A DNA stretch of 63,886 nucleotides, the filler included, from Bigelowiella natans CCMP2755 (taxonomy: Eukaryota; Protista; Cercozoa), in assembly GCA_000320545.1 (NCBI GenBank). It is 4 parts of 4 records of this genome, joined end to end, with 100 filler letters (N's around TTAATTAATTAA, not from the genome) between each part and the next. Parts side by side here need not be neighbours in the genome. Positions count along the whole stretch, not along the records: positions 62,054 to 63,886 come from ADNK01002677.1; 3 more parts are not named here. One strand, given 5' to 3'. Under the pieces are notes generated by a model that was not told the origin of the DNA, did no database searches, and was given only the letters and a program-made list of their open reading frames with translations. Made by a program: the position numbers and the translations under genes. Shown here in pieces: positions 62,284-63,886 of the stretch (position 1 is the first letter of the stretch; every line of letters begins with the position of its first letter).

Positions 62284-62447
62284 TTTTTGATCTTGTTTTT
62301 ATTTCGCCCGAGGATCTCTTCGAGCTACTCGAGGGAGAAGAGAATTAGGAGGATGCAGGCAATTTTCATCCATGGCTAAATATTGTTAAGAGCTGCTCCA
62401 TGCGAGAAGAAAAATACAATCGCGCCCTTCCCTTCGCAGCGATTACA

Positions 62448-62485
<38 letters not shown>

Positions 62486-62684
62486 ACGCACATACACACA
62501 TGCTATAATCGTGACGACTGGATAGGAAAACCATGCTTTTAATAGAGACATGAAGGAAATAAGGACATTTAGTAAGAGAAGGGGGGGAGGGGGGCGGACT
62601 TCTGCTTTCACCTGTTTCCTCACTTCCTTTGCTAATTAGTATTTATAACCCAACATACCAACAAAAACTAACAATCAGTATCTA

Positions 62685-62720
<36 letters not shown>

Positions 62721-63031
62721 TTCACACACACACACACACACACACATACACACACACATACACCGCCGCCCAAGCTCTATCTACATGCACAAAGGCGCTC
62801 TACACCTTGTCGCATGGCTCGGAAGTGCACGTAGTTCTCCTGGCAAAATCGCTTGGTGAAACCCCTTTTCTGCCACGTCTCGAAGAGGCAAAGGTACGAT
62901 ATATGGTCCCCAAACCTGCGGTAGTAACCGTGGAAATGCAATATATATATATATATATATATATAAATATATATATAATATTCAATGATGTCCGCACAGA
63001 GACGCAGCCGGCAAGCAGCAATAACGGGAAA

Positions 63032-63069
<38 letters not shown>

Positions 63070-63512
63070 ACATCAACGCACTTTGAGAAATAGCGCATTC
63101 GCTTCTCCTCGGCTCGGTGGCGCTCCTCATCGTCTGCTGGCAGCACCCTGGTGACGATGATGTCGGGGAGATAGAAAGGAGGGGAGAAGAAGGGGTGATA
63201 GGTAGGAGGTGAGAGTATATGGAGGAAAGTGATGAAAATCAATCGAGCGGCTGCTGTTTCTGTTGTAGCTCTGCGGACTCTCTCGTTTGGAACGATGCCT
63301 AATCAAGGCAATCTTCCTCTCCTTCAATCTTTGGCTGCTGCTGCTGCTGCTGGGTATCACCCCAAGGTCCCCCTCTAGTGCTAGCAGCAGAATGGGGGAC
63401 TCTCACAATGAAACACTTCAAAACTAACTGCAGCAGCGACGATCATTCATGCAAAAGGGACGAATACTACCATAGGTTATCGAGTGTCACCATCGCGGCA
63501 ATTGTCAAGATC
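62284..63512 (-). CDS. DEAH-box RNA helicase, HA2/C-terminal region fragment (partial at both ends)
   Basis: Spliced ILTIAAMVTLDNLW|VLPADDEERHRAEEKRMRYFSK|FGDHISYLCLFETWQKRGFTKRFCQENYVHFRAMRQ|AKEVRKQ|LEEILGRNK fits the DEAH pattern ILTIxAM..GDHxxxL..W..WCxEN..R....A..VRxQL. Confidence 0.8.
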
Positions 63513-63886
63513 TGTGGGCGGGGTGTGTATTTGGGGGGGGGGGGGGGGGGGGCCCGGGGGCGCCCCAGGGAAAAAAAATGGGAAAAAAAACGGTTCCCCC
63601 CCCCTCTAAAAAAAAAATATAGTAATAAAAAAAAAGATGACGAATATAATTGCCAGCTTTTGTCTACGGTATGGGAATTTGAAATAAACACCCCCCCATC
63701 GCTTCTTAAAAAAGTGTTTTTTAAAAAAAAAGCCCCCTCCCCTTCATTACTGGGACAACCCCCGTTTGAGGGTACAATTACCCCCGGCCCCACTCCATAT
63801 CTTCTTTAGTACACGAAAACATTTTTAATTCTTTGTTACCGGGGGGAACCAATCTCCCTTTTGTCAATACCAAAGAAAGTTTGGGG

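Noticed and set aside
63530-63886. Homopolymer-rich tail with ORFs 63378-63809 and 63467-63793
   Set aside because: Same low-quality pattern of inflated base runs after poly-G; no credible protein.

Overview
Intron-rich eukaryotic nuclear DNA with GT-AG introns, many microsatellites and three 100-nt scaffold gaps carrying an artificial TTAATTAATTAA linker. Two genes have signal-peptide plus transit-peptide leaders, which suggests an alga with a secondary plastid (chlorarachniophyte-like; inference). I reconstructed about 16 genes by hand-splicing, so boundaries are approximate. In order: multi-EF-hand protein (-), TMEM216/17-like (+), class II aldolase/adducin-domain protein (+), RRP36 (+), two-pore K+ channel with EF-hands (-), WDR92 (+), OMA1-like M48 protease (-), BASS-family transporter with a long unexplained helical-repeat N-domain (-), an orphan ORF, MsrB-like (+), TBCC (-), proteasome beta-7/PSMB4 (+), a very large NRPS (+), START-domain protein (-), histidine phosphatase (+), probable cytochrome P450 (+) and a DEAH helicase fragment (-). 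The highlight is an NRPS of at least three modules ending in a reductase (C-A-T-C-A-T-C-A-T-R), which should release a peptide aldehyde or alcohol. It lies directly downstream of a proteasome beta-subunit gene, echoing proteasome-inhibitor/self-resistance clusters; this link is a hypothesis and spans an assembly gap. Its first module has about 30 introns, while the rest is a single 10.2-kb exon.
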